This document shows positions 1-9,623 of a stretch of 64,000 bases of DNA, in pieces (position 1 is the stretch's first letter; each line of letters starts with the position of its first letter). The translations under genes and the position numbers were made by a program. Source of the DNA: a bacterium (GTDB taxonomy: Bacteria; RBG-13-61-14; DATKZS01). The stretch is taken from contig CAXXFL010000001.1 in assembly GCA_963674965.2 (NCBI GenBank), positions 608,001-672,000 of the forward strand, written 5' to 3'. The notes beneath the pieces were generated by a model, which did not search any database, was not told the DNA's origin, and saw only the letters and a list, made by a program, of their open reading frames with translations.

Positions 1-133
1 TGCCAAACCTGAATCCGGGTCAAGAGCAAGGCGAAAAATGTCCATTTGTCCGGAGGTACCCGATTTATTTAGGAAAAAATGACGAGAACAATTTGGCGTT
101 GCAAGAAAGGGAAAGAAATAGTATGTTAATGGA

Positions 134-164
134 TAACGTTAGAGTAACGTATAGGTAACGTTAC
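134..164. promoter_or_regulatory. Three TAACGT direct repeats at 11-bp spacing, ending in the palindrome GTAACGTTAC; putative regulator binding site
   Basis: TAACGT at 134, 145 and 156 in an AT-rich intergenic region upstream of the sigma-54 activator gene. Confidence 0.45.
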
Positions 165-215
165 TTATAAACTTATATCTAGATGGGCAAGATTGAGGGA
201 GGCGTGAAGAATCGA

Positions 216-1619
<1,404 letters not shown>

Positions 1620-1717
1620 ACCGGCCGCGCCGAGGATGGGGCCTGGAGTACATCTCCGGCTTGTGAAAAAGGCCCACATCAAGGCCGCCTTTTTTTTCTA
1701 ACTTTATGGCCCTTTTA

Positions 1718-4700
1718 CTAGTCGCAATCCTCGGGACAATTCAAAACGTTTTCAAGACAGTGCTCTGAAATACTGCAATCCCCATCACCGCATACGCAAC
1801 AGTCCATGGCGCAATAGTCATAGCCGTTAAAGTAATTTTCCCCACACTGCCATCGGCAAACGCCATCGCCGCACCAGCAACAATCTATATAGCAAATATT
1901 ACCTCCCCACAATTCCGTGTCCTCATCGCAATAGCCGTCGCCGCAGGGGTCGCCTGGACAATCCGCCGGACAGGTAGACTCTTCATCGCAAAAGAAGGTA
2001 TCGCACCATCCGTCGCCACAAGTTTGATAACAACACTGTACGGGGCAAAAAATAAAATCCTCATAGTGCTGGTATGGCTCACGACAAGTATGATCGGCGC
2101 AACAGTCCTCTGGACAATTATCAATCCTTTCACATTCCCATGGGTCTTCCCCGTGACATATTCCATCCCCGCAAACGTCGTAATAACACGGGTCGCAATC
2201 CTCGGGGCAGGAGGGATACTCGCAGTCCAAATTGCACTCGCCGTCGCCGCATACGGCCCAATAACATGGATCGCAACCCTCGTCGACCTCGCCGTAACCC
2301 GCGTCTCCCGGGCACTGGTTGTCCTTGCCGTCACATGCCTCGGGGGCCCCGGCATAGACGGCGGAGTCTCCGTCATTGCAGTCGAGACTCGTGCCGCATC
2401 CGCTCTCGACGTATTGGCCGTCCGCGTCGTTATCGGTGCAGGAGCCGCAGATATCGAAATCGTCCACCAGCCCGTAACCAGCGTCTCCGGGGCACTGGTT
2501 GTCCACCCCGTCGCACAGCTCGGGAGCGCCGGGGTAAACGTCGGGGTCGGAGCCGTTACAGTCGGATGCCGTGCCGCATTCCGTGAAGACATAGAAACCG
2601 TCGCCGTCCAGGTCAGAGCAACCCGTGTAAGCGCAGCGGAAGCCGATGCCCTTGTGGCTTTGTCCCGGCGTAAATGTATGCCTGAAGGCCGCGCGCAGGT
2701 AATCGGCGTCGGAGTCCCAACTCCCGCCTCTTATGACCCGCCGAGTACCGGAGGCCGGGCCCTCGGGGTCGTCGGTGGGACTCGAGCTATAGTAGGCGTC
2801 GAGGTACCAGTCGCTAGCCCACTCCCAGACGTTGCCCGCCATGTCGGAAAGGCCAAAGCCGTTGGAAGGGTAACGACCCACCCGGTGGGTGTCGTTTATA
2901 AGCCCGCTAAAATCGTAGCAGTCAAACGCGTCGTCTCCCCTTCCATAGTTGGCGTCGGAACAGGCGATAGTATCGCCGAGAACGTACCTCGCCCCGTCCA
3001 CGCCGCCCCGGGCCGCGTACTCCCACTCCGCCTCCGTGGGAAGGCGCTTGCCCGCCCAGGCGCAGTACGCGGCCGCCTGACTCCAGTTCACGTATATGAC
3101 CGGGAACTCGTCATAGAGCGCGTTGCCGTAATATGAGCTTCTCGTATCGCTGCTCGCCTGACTCGGGGCCGTGCAGCCGCCGCCGTCCACGCAGGCCATA
3201 TACTCCGCGTTGGTCACCTCGTTAATATCCATGAGCAGGCCCGAGGTTATGCAAACTTCATGGACCGGGAGCTCACGCGCCAGCCCCTCGTCAAAAGAGT
3301 CGCCCATGTAAAAGCACCCGGCGGGGATAATGGCCATGCCCTCCGCGGTCCCGCCTCCGCAAACTCCGCCCTCGTGGATCAGACCGTAGCCGGCGTCGCC
3401 CGGGCACTGGTTGTCCTGGCCGTCGCATAGCTCGGGGGCCGCCGGGTATACGTCCGGGTCCGAGTCGTCGCAGTCGATACCGTCCGTGAAGCCGTCGCCG
3501 TCCAAGTCGGGACACGACTCGTCCACCGTCCCGTATCCCGCGTCACCGGGGCACTGGTTGTCCTGGCCGTCGCATAGCTCGGGGGCCGCCGGGTATACGT
3601 TCGGGTCCGAGTCGTCGCAATCAACGGTCGAGCCGCAACCCGCCAAGTCGTAGTACCCGTCGCCGTCACCGTCGCTCCAGCCCTCGTCCACCGTCCCGTA
3701 CCCGTCGTCTCCCGGGCACTGGTTGTCCTGGCCATCGCATATCTCGGGGGCCGCCGGATACACGTCCGGGTCGGAGTCGTCGCAGTCTACGCCGTTCGTG
3801 AAGCCGTCGCCGTCCGAGTCGGGACAGCCTTCGTCCACCGTCCCGTATCCGATATCTCCCGGGCACTGGTTGTCCTGGCCGTCGCATAGCTCGGGAGCCA
3901 CGGGATACACGTCCGGGTCCGAGTCGTAACAGTCTACGGTCGAGCCGCAACCAGCCAAGTCGTAGTACCCGTCGCCGTCACCGTCGCTCCAGCCCTCGTC
4001 CACGGTCCCATAGCCCGCGTCGCCGGGGCACTGGTTGTCCTGGCCGTCGCATATCTCGATAGCGCCCGGATACACGTCGGGGTCGGAGTCCTCGCAGTCG
4101 ATCCAGTCCAAAGACCCGTCGCCGTCGGAGTCGGGGCAGCCTTCGTCCACCGTCCCGTATCCCGCGTCTCCCGGGCACTGGTTGTCCTTGCCGTCGCATA
4201 GCTCGGGGGACGTGGGGTAGACGGCGCCGTCGTTGTTGTCGCAATCGACGGTCCCGCCACAGATGGTATCGAGATAATACCCGTCTTCATCCACGTCCAC
4301 GCAGGCCTCCTGGAGGCAGCGGAAGCCGATGCCCATGTGGGAACCGGTCGGACCATATTTATGCCTGTAGGCCACGCGGAGGTATCCCGTATCCGAGTCC
4401 CAACTGCCGCCGCGAATGACGCGTTCGGACCCCAGGGCCGGGCCCTCGGGGTCGTTAGTGGGACTCGAGCTATAGTAGGACTCGAGGTACCAGTCGCTCA
4501 CCCACTCCCATACGTTGCCCGTCATGTCGAAAAGGCCATGGCCGTTGGCGGCGTAGCTCCCAACCTGGTGGGTGTCGTTGTCAAGACCATCGAAATCGTA
4601 ACAGTCGAACGCGTCATCCACCCTGCCATAGTCGGCGTCGGAACAGGAAAGGGCGTCGCCTTTGTCGTATCTGGCCCCCGCCAGGCCTCCCCGCGCCGCG

Positions 4701-7700
4701 TACTCCCACTCCGCCTCGGTGGGAAGGCGCTTGCCCGCCCAGGCGCAATAATCGTTCGCTTTAGACCAGGTCACGTAGATGACCGGGTAGGCATCATAGA
4801 GCGAGTTTCCATAATAGGAGCCTCGCGTCAAACTTGTAGTCTTACTCGGGGCCGCGCAACCGCCGTCGTCCACGCAGGCCGCGTACTCAGAGTTGGTCAC
4901 CTCGTGCTCGTCGATATAGAAGCCCGAGGTTATACAGACCTCGTGGACCGGCAACTCCCTGTCGAGTCCCTCGTCAAAGGCGTCCCCCATGTCGAAGCAC
5001 CCCGACGGGATGTATATCATTTCATCGGGATAGAACTCATCGACAAAACCGTATCCCGCGTCGCCGGGACACTGGTTGTCCTTGCCGTCCATTAGCTCGG
5101 GCGCCCCCGGATATACGTCGGGGTCGGAGTCTTCGCAGTCGATCCAGTCCAGCGACCCGTCGCCGTCCGAGTCCGGGCAGCCCTCGTCCACCGTCCCGTA
5201 ACCCGCGTCGCCCGGGCATTGGTTGTCCTGGCCGTCGCATAGCTCGGGCGCCGCCGGATACACGTCGGGGTCGGAGTCCTCACAGTCGATCCAGTCCAGC
5301 GACCCGTCGCCGTCCGAGTCCAGGCAACCTTCGTCAACGGCGCCGTATCCCGCGTCCCCCGAGCATTGGTTGTCCTTGCCGTCGCATAGCTCGGGCGCAG
5401 CCGGATACACGTCGGGGTCGGAGTCCTCGCAGTCGATCCAGTCAAGCGACCCGTCGCCGTCCGAGTCCGGGCAGCCCTCGTCCACGGTCCCGTACCCGGC
5501 GTCTCCGGAGCATTGGTTGTCCTTGCCGTCGCATAGCTCGGGCGCAGCCGGATACACGTCGGGGTCCGAGTCCTCGCAGTCGATCCAGTCAAGCGACCCG
5601 TCGCCGTCCGAGTCCGGGCAACCTTCGTCAACGGCGCCGTATCCCGCGTCCCCCGAGCATTGGTTGTCCTTGCCGTCGCAAATCTCGGGCGCAGCCGGAT
5701 ACACGTCGGGGTCGGAGTCCTCGCAGTCGATCCAGTCAAGCGACCCGTCGCCGTCCGAGTCCGGGCAGCCCTCGTCCACGGTCCCGTACCCGGCGTCTCC
5801 GGAGCATTGGTTGTCCTTGCCGTCGCATAGCTCGGGCGCAGCCGGATACACGTCGGGGTCCGAGTCCTCGCAGTCGATCCAGTCAAGCGACCCGTCGCCG
5901 TCCGAGTCCGGGCAACCTTCGTCAACGGCGCCGTATCCCGCGTCCCCCGAGCATTGGTTGTCCTTGCCGTCGCAAATCTCGGGCGCAGCCGGATACACGT
6001 CGGGGTCGGAGTCCTCGCAGTCGATCCAGTCAAGCGACCCGTCGCCGTCCGAGTCCGGGCAACCCTCGTCCACCGTCCCGTACCCGGCGTCTCCGGGGCA
6101 CTGGTTGTCCTTGCCGTCGCACAGCTCGGGCGCCGCCGGATACACGTCGGGGTCGGAGTCCTCGCAGTCGATCCAGTCGAGCGACCCATCACCGTCCGAG
6201 TCCGGGCACCCCTCGTCCACGGTCCCGTACCCGGCGTCTCCGGAGCATTGGTTGTCCTTGCCGTCGCATAGCTCGGCCGCCGCCGGATACACGTCGGGGT
6301 CGGAGTCCTCGCAGTCGATCCAGTCCAGCGACCCATCACCGTCCGAGTCGGGGCAACCCTCGTCCACCGTCCCGTACCCGGCGTCTCCGGAGCATTGGTT
6401 GTCCTTGCCGTCGCATAGCTCGGGCGCCGCCGGATACACGTCGGGGTCGGAGTCCTCACAGTCGATCCAGTCAAGCGACCCATCACCGTCCGAGTCCGGG
6501 CAGCCCTCGTCCACGGTCCCGTACCCGGCGTCTCCGGAGCATTGGTTGTCCTTGCCGTCGCATAGCTCGGGCGCAGTTGGATACACGTCGGGGTCGGAGT
6601 CCTCACAGTCGATCCAGTCGAGCGACCCATCACCGTCCGAGTCCGGGCACCCCTCGTCCACGGTCCCGTACCCGGCGTCTCCGGAGCATTGGTTGTCCTT
6701 GCCGTCGCATAGCTCGGGCGCCGACGGATAAACGTCGGGGTCAGAGTCCTCGCAGTCGATCCAGTCCAAGGACCCGTCGCCGTCCGAGTCCGGGCAGCCC
6801 TCGTCAACCGTCCCGTACCCGGCGTCCCCCGAGCATTGGTTGTCCTTGCCGTCGCATAGCTCGGGCGCCGACGGATAAACGTCGGGGTCGGAGTCCTCAC
6901 AGTCGATCCAGTCAAGCGACCCGTCGCCGTCCGAGTCCGGGCAGCCCTCGTCCACGGTCCCGTACCCGGCGTCTCCGGAGCATTGGTTGTCCTTGCCGTC
7001 GCATAGCTCGGGCGCAGCCGGATACACGTCGGGGTCCGAGTCCTCGCAGTCGATCCAGTCCAGCGACCCGTCGCCGTCCGAGTCGGGGCAGCCTTCGTCC
7101 ACGGTCCCGTACCCCGCGTCTCCGGAGCACTGGTTGTCCTTGCCGTCGCATAGCTCGGGCGCCGCCGGATATACGTCGGGGTCGGAGTCCTCACAGTCGA
7201 TCCAGTCAAGCGACCCATCACCGTCCGAGTCCGGGCACCCCTCGTCGACCGTCCCGTACCCGGCGTCTCCGGAGCACTGGTTGTCCTTGCCGTCGCATAG
7301 CTCGGGGGCGCCGGGATAGATTGCCGAGTCGCCGTCGTTACAGTCAACGTCGCCCTGGTAGCCGTCCCCGTCATTATCTACCGAGCAGCCCTCGTCGACC
7401 GTCCCGTAACCGTCATCCCCCGGGCACTGGTTGTCCTTGCCGTCGCACAGCTCGGGGGCGTCGGGATAGATTGCCGAGTCGCCGTCGTTACAGTCAACGT
7501 CGTCGAGATGGCCGTCGCCGTCATTATCGACGGGGCAGCCCTCGTCCACGGTCCCGTATCCGGCGTCGCCGGGGCACTGGTTGTCCTTGCCGTCGCAGGC
7601 TTCGGGCGCGGCGGGGTAGATGGAGGGGTCGTTATCGTTGCAGTCGTTTTGTTCCTTGACGCCGTCGTCGTCGTTGTCGATCAGCGTCCCGCCGCCGTCA

Positions 7701-7804
7701 CCGGGGTCGGAGTCTCCTCCACCGCCGGGGCAGCCGCAGGAAAGGATGATGACAAGACAAAGTAGAAGTGCCACTAAGATTGATTTTCCGGCTTCTGGTC
7801 TCAT
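1718..7804 (-). CDS. Giant lipoprotein with about 26 acidic Cys repeats (MopE-like putative metal-binding motif), two FGE-sulfatase/CLec-fold domains and a C-terminal CGDGxC Cys-rich region
   Basis: Signal peptide with lipobox-like IILSC; DxDGDG..DC.D.DP.VYPxAPELCDGxDNQC repeats; two RLPTEAEWEYAARGG...GNVWEW...RGGSW...GFRC domains; GGAGG RBS upstream. Confidence 0.9.
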   Translation of the reverse strand: MRPEAGKSILVALLLCLVIILSCGCPGGGGDSDPGDGGGTLIDNDDDGVKEQNDCNDNDPSIYPAAPEACDGKDNQCPGDAGYGTVDEGCPVDNDGDGHLDDVDCNDGDSAIYPDAPELCDGKDNQCPGDDGYGTVDEGCSVDNDGDGYQGDVDCNDGDSAIYPGAPELCDGKDNQCSGDAGYGTVDEGCPDSDGDGSLDWIDCEDSDPDVYPAAPELCDGKDNQCSGDAGYGTVDEGCPDSDGDGSLDWIDCEDSDPDVYPAAPELCDGKDNQCSGDAGYGTVDEGCPDSDGDGSLDWIDCEDSDPDVYPSAPELCDGKDNQCSGDAGYGTVDEGCPDSDGDGSLDWIDCEDSDPDVYPSAPELCDGKDNQCSGDAGYGTVDEGCPDSDGDGSLDWIDCEDSDPDVYPTAPELCDGKDNQCSGDAGYGTVDEGCPDSDGDGSLDWIDCEDSDPDVYPAAPELCDGKDNQCSGDAGYGTVDEGCPDSDGDGSLDWIDCEDSDPDVYPAAAELCDGKDNQCSGDAGYGTVDEGCPDSDGDGSLDWIDCEDSDPDVYPAAPELCDGKDNQCPGDAGYGTVDEGCPDSDGDGSLDWIDCEDSDPDVYPAAPEICDGKDNQCSGDAGYGAVDEGCPDSDGDGSLDWIDCEDSDPDVYPAAPELCDGKDNQCSGDAGYGTVDEGCPDSDGDGSLDWIDCEDSDPDVYPAAPEICDGKDNQCSGDAGYGAVDEGCPDSDGDGSLDWIDCEDSDPDVYPAAPELCDGKDNQCSGDAGYGTVDEGCPDSDGDGSLDWIDCEDSDPDVYPAAPELCDGKDNQCSGDAGYGAVDEGCLDSDGDGSLDWIDCEDSDPDVYPAAPELCDGQDNQCPGDAGYGTVDEGCPDSDGDGSLDWIDCEDSDPDVYPGAPELMDGKDNQCPGDAGYGFVDEFYPDEMIYIPSGCFDMGDAFDEGLDRELPVHEVCITSGFYIDEHEVTNSEYAACVDDGGCAAPSKTTSLTRGSYYGNSLYDAYPVIYVTWSKANDYCAWAGKRLPTEAEWEYAARGGLAGARYDKGDALSCSDADYGRVDDAFDCYDFDGLDNDTHQVGSYAANGHGLFDMTGNVWEWVSDWYLESYYSSSPTNDPEGPALGSERVIRGGSWDSDTGYLRVAYRHKYGPTGSHMGIGFRCLQEACVDVDEDGYYLDTICGGTVDCDNNDGAVYPTSPELCDGKDNQCPGDAGYGTVDEGCPDSDGDGSLDWIDCEDSDPDVYPGAIEICDGQDNQCPGDAGYGTVDEGWSDGDGDGYYDLAGCGSTVDCYDSDPDVYPVAPELCDGQDNQCPGDIGYGTVDEGCPDSDGDGFTNGVDCDDSDPDVYPAAPEICDGQDNQCPGDDGYGTVDEGWSDGDGDGYYDLAGCGSTVDCDDSDPNVYPAAPELCDGQDNQCPGDAGYGTVDESCPDLDGDGFTDGIDCDDSDPDVYPAAPELCDGQDNQCPGDAGYGLIHEGGVCGGGTAEGMAIIPAGCFYMGDSFDEGLARELPVHEVCITSGLLMDINEVTNAEYMACVDGGGCTAPSQASSDTRSSYYGNALYDEFPVIYVNWSQAAAYCAWAGKRLPTEAEWEYAARGGVDGARYVLGDTIACSDANYGRGDDAFDCYDFSGLINDTHRVGRYPSNGFGLSDMAGNVWEWASDWYLDAYYSSSPTDDPEGPASGTRRVIRGGSWDSDADYLRAAFRHTFTPGQSHKGIGFRCAYTGCSDLDGDGFYVFTECGTASDCNGSDPDVYPGAPELCDGVDNQCPGDAGYGLVDDFDICGSCTDNDADGQYVESGCGTSLDCNDGDSAVYAGAPEACDGKDNQCPGDAGYGEVDEGCDPCYWAVCGDGECNLDCEYPSCPEDCDPCYYDVCGDGICHGEDPWECERIDNCPEDCCADHTCREPYQHYEDFIFCPVQCCYQTCGDGWCDTFFCDEESTCPADCPGDPCGDGYCDEDTELWGGNICYIDCCWCGDGVCRWQCGENYFNGYDYCAMDCCVCGDGDCSISEHCLENVLNCPEDCD
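5040..7240 (-). repeat. Coding tandem array of 15 near-identical 147-bp (49-aa) units
   Basis: GATCCAGTC recurs about every 147 bp from ~5141 to ~7200. Confidence 0.92.
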
Positions 7805-7902
7805 ATCGCGTCCTCCTTAGCCAGGACTTTACTTTTGCTTTGTACTTACCCTCCAGCCTAGCATTTTTGAATTAACGCCGCAAGAAAAAAGAGATTTTTT
7901 TT

Positions 7903-8017
7903 GTAAATCTGGGGACATAAATCTGGAAATAAATCTGGGGGACAGAGATATAAATCTGGGGACATCCATGATAAGTATCTGTAAATCTGGGTAAATCTGG
8001 GGACAGCATATTTAATT
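7903..8017 (+). repeat. Array of six variably truncated TAAATCTGG(GGACA) units ending in a full element end TCTGGGGACAGCATATTTAATT
   Basis: Units start at about 7904, 7918, 7930, 7951, 7982 and 7992; the last one matches the inverted repeats at 20269 and 20604. Confidence 0.85.
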
Positions 8018-8018
8018 G

Positions 8019-8068
8019 TTGACATACATCTTCCTCTGTGGCAAAATTTTGCCATGGCTAGGACGCCC
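8019..8068 (+). pseudogene. Sigma-70-like promoter plus 5' stub (MARTP...) of a possible lost HUH/RAYT-type transposase gene
   Basis: TTGACA(8019)-17bp-CAAAAT(8042) with an upstream TG, ATG GCT AGG ACG CCC at 8054 directly inside the element end; transposase identity is inference. Confidence 0.35.
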
Positions 8069-8070
8069 TT

Positions 8071-8126
8071 CATCATGCATGGGCGGCGTAAGCTGCAGGC
8101 TGATTTTCTTTCGCTATCGGGTCCCT
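8071..8126. repeat. 56-bp imperfect direct duplicate of 8343-8398 (3' end of the neighbouring membrane-protein gene)
   Basis: catcatgcatgggcggcgtaagc[t/c]gcaggctgattttct... present at both sites with about 4 mismatches. Confidence 0.85.
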
Positions 8127-8344
8127 CCAATCGCCGGCCGGAAAACGCCTCCAAGCGCCCTCGGCCCCGAAGACTGTAGCCAGTTCGCTTCGCTCGCCCA
8201 CGCAATATGCGTGGGCGACCCCGGTACTCCGGCCACTTCAAAATGTCGGAACGGGTAACCAATAGCTCCGCTATGTGGGCGAGCATCGCGAGCAGGTCAT
8301 ATGATTTACTTTTGGTGGTGGCGACAAACTGGGTCGCCCATGCA

Positions 8345-8935
8345 TCATGCATGGGCGGCGTAAGCCGCAGGCTGATTTTCTCTTGCTATCGGGCCCCTAC
8401 CATTTTCCTTTTCCAGGCGCTCGGCGGCTTTGAGCGCGTAGACGGTGAAGACGAGGGCGATGACGCCGAAGGACGCGTCGCCAAACCTGTGCAAGATGGG
8501 CGCTCCTCGAAGTTGTCCGAAGAAGAAGGCCGCGGGAATGACTAGCAGGCAGCAAAGGACGCCGAACCTCAACACGTATACGTTCCTGGCGGGATCGGCC
8601 ATGGCGCCGAGGAAGAGCAGGCCCAAGAGGACGTGGGCAAAGCCCAGGTAGTCGGTACCGAGGAGCATCTGAGGATAGCCCTCGACGACGAACCCGAGAC
8701 CCTCTCGCGTGTGAGCCACGAAAAGGTACATGTCGCGGAAAAGGGGAATCTCGGGAAAGGACAAGGCCTCCATGGTCCGGACGATGAAGTCGAGCTCCCA
8801 GGGAAGGAAGTAACAGGTAAGGCCGGACAGGATCAGGCCCACCGCCAGTATGGCGGTCCCCGCCCGGGCCCTGGCCAGGTCGTTGGGTAAGGCGTTGGAT
8901 TTGGTGATTACGTTGTTTTTGGCGGCGATTTCCAT
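8345..8935 (-). CDS. Hypothetical integral membrane protein
   Basis: About 4 hydrophobic segments; ATG 8935 preceded by GGAGG; divergent from the GbsR-type regulator. Confidence 0.75.
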   Translation of the reverse strand: MEIAAKNNVITKSNALPNDLARARAGTAILAVGLILSGLTCYFLPWELDFIVRTMEALSFPEIPLFRDMYLFVAHTREGLGFVVEGYPQMLLGTDYLGFAHVLLGLLFLGAMADPARNVYVLRFGVLCCLLVIPAAFFFGQLRGAPILHRFGDASFGVIALVFTVYALKAAERLEKENGRGPIARENQPAAYAAHA

Positions 8936-9036
8936 TTTGTCCTCCTTTTTTGGTGGCGGTCGAGGCCCTGTCGTTAAGTATATATTTAACACACTAAACT
9001 TAAAATGTCAAGTTAAATCCGTTAAAAATTTACTTA

Positions 9037-9065
9037 TTGACAAGCCGCCCAATAAAAGATAAAAT
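9037..9065 (+). promoter_or_regulatory. Sigma-70 promoter for the regulator-arsA operon
   Basis: TTGACA(9037)-17bp-TAAAAT(9060); a divergent TTGACA lies on the minus strand at 9006-9011. Confidence 0.7.
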
Positions 9066-9096
9066 AATATCATCACTCCATCACCGAGGGATATGT

Positions 9097-9615
9097 ATGG
9101 AAAAACAAGATAATTCAATTACTAAAAACAAAAATCAAACCGAAAAAATTATTACGCAAGCCGGCTTTCTAGCCGAAAAATACGGACTCACCAGGATATC
9201 GGGAGAACTGGCCGCGCTACTTTTCCTCGAGCCCGAGCCATTGCCCATTGGAGAGATGAGCCAAATCCTCCAAGTCAGCAAGCCCAGCGTGAGCACCAAC
9301 ATCCGCTTCCTCGAGAGATGGCGGGTGGTGAAGAAGGTACCGGTAAGGAACGACCGCCGCGATTTTTACGAGTTCAGCGACGACTTGTGGGAAGCGGCGG
9401 CCGAGGCTTTCAAGTCCGTTTTCCAGACCGACGCCCGGGCCATGCTCGAGACGCTCGAGTCGGGCGCCGAGGAAAGTGGCCTCGAAAACCAGCGCGTGTC
9501 CGCGAGGCTGACCGAGGCCGTCGAGATTTTCCGGGCCATCGACCAACTGGCCTCGGCCTTGTTCGCGAGGCGCGAATCCAAGCAAATTCCCATCCGGGAA
9601 ATTCCCATCGAGTAG
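9097..9615 (+). CDS. GbsR/MarR-family winged-helix transcriptional regulator
   Basis: YGLTRISGELAALLFL..PL.IGEM...L.VSKPSVSTNIRFLE..RRDFY pattern typical of GbsR. Confidence 0.85.
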   Translation: MEKQDNSITKNKNQTEKIITQAGFLAEKYGLTRISGELAALLFLEPEPLPIGEMSQILQVSKPSVSTNIRFLERWRVVKKVPVRNDRRDFYEFSDDLWEAAAEAFKSVFQTDARAMLETLESGAEESGLENQRVSARLTEAVEIFRAIDQLASALFARRESKQIPIREIPIE

Positions 9616-9623
9616 AGCGGGCC

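Noticed and set aside
2632-4420. Diversity-generating retroelement acting on the two FGE/CLec domains
   Set aside because: No reverse transcriptase or template repeat in the window. The two domain ends also differ at synonymous positions in conserved codons, which fits ordinary divergence. A remote DGR cannot be excluded from this window alone.
5092-7659. Long alternative-frame ORFs (760, 502 and 360 aa) over the repeat array
   Set aside because: Shadow frames produced by GC-rich tandem coding repeats.
7903-8017. CRISPR array
   Set aside because: Units are variable-length truncations with no regular unique spacers, and no cas genes are present.
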